A stretch of DNA of 27,620 nucleotides from a virus. Lineage: Duplodnaviria > Caudoviricetes. Numbering within the stretch: the first letter of the stretch is position 1; the number at the start of each line of letters is the position of its first letter. Positions 26,084 to 27,620 of this stretch are shown here, one piece after another. The notes beneath the pieces were generated by a model. It ran no database searches and was not told the origin of the DNA. It saw only the letters and a program-made list of their open reading frames with translations. The position numbers and the translations under genes were made by a program. Where the stretch lies: IMG/VR virus record IMGVR_UViG_3300016265_001183, positions 1-27,620 of that record; one strand, 5' to 3'.

Positions 26084-26445
26084 CAGAAACTATTAATGAA
26101 TTTTTAACGACAGAACACAGATTGTGGATTGCCGCTTCGATTAACTCTGGTGGCGTTTATTCTATAGATGAAGTTTTTGATTTTATAGAAGCCGGCAAAT
26201 TAGACTTGTATCAAGATGAAAGGTGCGCTATTGTTTATGGCAAAGAAACCCATTATTTAGGCGACGTTTTGGTTATAATGTTTGCCGGTGGGGATGTAAA
26301 AGCCCTAGTCGAAGCAGAAAAAAAACTAGAAAAACTAGCCAAGGATATGGGATTTTATGCAATTATGCTTCACGGTAGGCCGGGATGGTCAAAACAGCTT
26401 AAGGACTATAAAGTTCACGCTATTATCATGCAGAAAGTTCTGTAA
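26080..26445 (+). CDS. Putative GNAT-like phage tail-module protein
   Basis: L.IMFAGGD....E..LE..AK..G...I...GRPGW motif; ATGA coupling; sits before the ejection genes as in many podoviruses. Confidence 0.65.
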   Translation: MTETINEFLTTEHRLWIAASINSGGVYSIDEVFDFIEAGKLDLYQDERCAIVYGKETHYLGDVLVIMFAGGDVKALVEAEKKLEKLAKDMGFYAIMLHGRPGWSKQLKDYKVHAIIMQKVL

Positions 26446-26736
26446 TGGGTAAGGCGATTAAAAGCATTGGGAATGCAATTAAGCCAATTGCTCAGGTGGC
26501 CGCGCCAGTAGTGGGTTTTGCGTTAGGTGGGCCAGCCGGGGCGGCTGCTGCAAGTGCCGGCACAAATTTTCTTTTAGGCAGCGGTAAACCTCTAGAACGA
26601 TTAGGCTCATCTGTGGCTTCCGGCGCGGCATCTTTTGGCTTGGGAAGTTTAGCTAGTGGCCTAGGGGCAACGGGCGGACAAGGGGTTGGGAGTCTATTAT
26701 CTAGTTTAGGCTTGGGTGGTTCGGCTAGTGGCGCAA
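26445..26736 (+). CDS. N-terminal part of a putative DNA ejection (internal virion) protein, broken at a junction
   Basis: TAATG coupling; MGKAIKSIG..IKP....APVVGFALGGPAGAAA, Gly/Ala-rich amphipathic start; the rest of the 185-aa ORF is the antisense of a foreign gene. Confidence 0.62.
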
Positions 26737-26977
26737 GGAGAGCAGCGAGAACCTCAGCGGCAGAGCGCGTCGGCGCGGCAACCGCAGGAACAACAACAGC
26801 AGGCGTCGTCTCAGCAACAACCGGAACCGTTACCTCCGCCTTCGCGGCGGCCTTGCGACCCTTCGTCGCAGGAGCAGGCGTCTCAACAGGGGCAGGGGCA
26901 GCAACTTCGGTCTTCTTGGTCGTCTTCTTATCGGCAGGCATCGTATTTGCATTAACAGTTGACTTTGAGGCAGGCAT
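26737..26977 (-). CDS. N-terminal fragment of a giant-virus-like Ala/Lys/Pro-rich protein (probably the SWIB/MDM2-domain protein), broken at the junction
   Basis: MPASKSTVNANTMPADKKTTKK...AKAEVTVPVV...RSAAEVLAAL resembles N-termini I recall from NCLDV SWIB proteins; AAG-rich codons unlike the phage; the SWIB domain itself is absent. Confidence 0.55.
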
Positions 26978-27049
26978 TTCTAACGCGTTATACTTCGTAT
27001 AGTTGTGACCTGTTTAAATCACAATCGACCTCGGCGATTTAGATTTTTG

Positions 27050-27619
27050 TTACACGCGGTGCAACGCACTCATTATAATAAAACAAATATCATATGGATT
27101 TTGATAATCATGTAACATGACAATTAAACAACGACCAAGCATATATGCAAGTTCGTGGTGCGATGCACCTGCAAGATATTCGCCGCTAATTCTCTTGAAT
27201 GATGGAATATAATAATATCGTCTTGATCCTTTTTTATGTTGATGTGCCCATGAAATAATGTCAAGTTGAATCATTGTAAGAAGAATAAATACTTGAATAC
27301 GATTTAGACTTAAAAAATGATTAGGATTAACTTCATCGAACCCATTTTCTTCAAGTATTTGACAAATTGCAATCCATGTATTTTCTAGCATTTGCTGAAA
27401 TGAAAGTTTACGATCTGTATTATGCATTATAGGAAGTTTACGTCTGCTACGCATCATCATAAGTTTGCGTAGTCTTTGGCGTGTATCAAACGATAACTTT
27501 TCACGAGTGTATGGATTTGTTGGAGAAAGTTTAGACATACCATTCTCACCAAGTGTTCGAATATCAAACCAATACACTTTATCTCCTTCTTTGAAGGAAA
27601 AGTAATCTAAAGGATGTAC
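27050..27619 (-). CDS. Giant-virus-like hypothetical protein, 5-prime truncated by the window edge
   Basis: Frame is open to the edge (VHPLDYFSFKEGDKVYWFDIRTL...TNPYTREKL), a motif combination I associate with NCLDV genes; AT-rich and opposite in strand to the late operon. Confidence 0.6.
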   Translation of the reverse strand, partial: VHPLDYFSFKEGDKVYWFDIRTLGENGMSKLSPTNPYTREKLSFDTRQRLRKLMMMRSRRKLPIMHNTDRKLSFQQMLENTWIAICQILEENGFDEVNPNHFLSLNRIQVFILLTMIQLDIISWAHQHKKGSRRYYYIPSFKRISGEYLAGASHHELAYMLGRCLIVMLHDYQNPYDICFIIMSALHRV

Positions 27620-27620
27620 A

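Larger units (their letters stand above)
1..26736. mobile_element. Tailed bacteriophage genome segment (podovirus-like virion module)
   Basis: Contiguous terminase, portal, scaffold, major capsid, head-tail adaptor, gp10-like tail hub and tail fibre genes, plus phage-type recombination and replication genes; tightly packed ORFs with SD sites and ATGA/TAATG couplings. Confidence 0.96.

Noticed and set aside
1-26736. Stop-codon reassignment
   Set aside because: Genes are full length under the standard bacterial code, and TAA, TAG and TGA all end genes
26445-27002. Natural antiparallel overlapping gene pair (185 aa + / 161 aa -)
   Set aside because: Better explained by read-through across the junction in low-complexity Ala/Gly/Pro-coding DNA

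Overview
Positions 1 to ~26,736 are most of a tailed-phage (Caudoviricetes) genome with a P22-like/podovirus-type virion module. The early region has a rightward recombination/repair block (YqaJ-type exonuclease, RecT, SF2 helicase, VRR-NUC nuclease) converging on a leftward block (DUF4121-like protein, two-domain beta-clamp-like protein, small ORFs, HTH protein, TOPRIM primase-helicase). A ~1.85 kb non-coding AT-rich control region rich in inverted and direct repeats follows. The long rightward late operon runs: DUF6948-like protein, terminase subunits, portal, GroES, scaffold, capsid proteins, putative capsid appendages, head-tail adaptor, gp10-like tail hub, HxH-repeat tail fibre, GNAT-like protein and the start of an ejection protein. 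At ~26,737 the sequence switches abruptly to what looks like giant-virus (Nucleocytoviricota) DNA on the minus strand, most likely an assembly or amplification chimera. I saw no integrase, lysis genes, DNA polymerase, tRNA or CRISPR array. All family assignments come from motifs recognised by eye; no searches were run. I cannot confirm a new biological system. The best leads are the mirror-ordered repeat architecture of the tail fibre, a candidate sRNA/micropeptide antisense pair in front of the late operon, the AATCAC repeat field, and the truncated sliding clamp.
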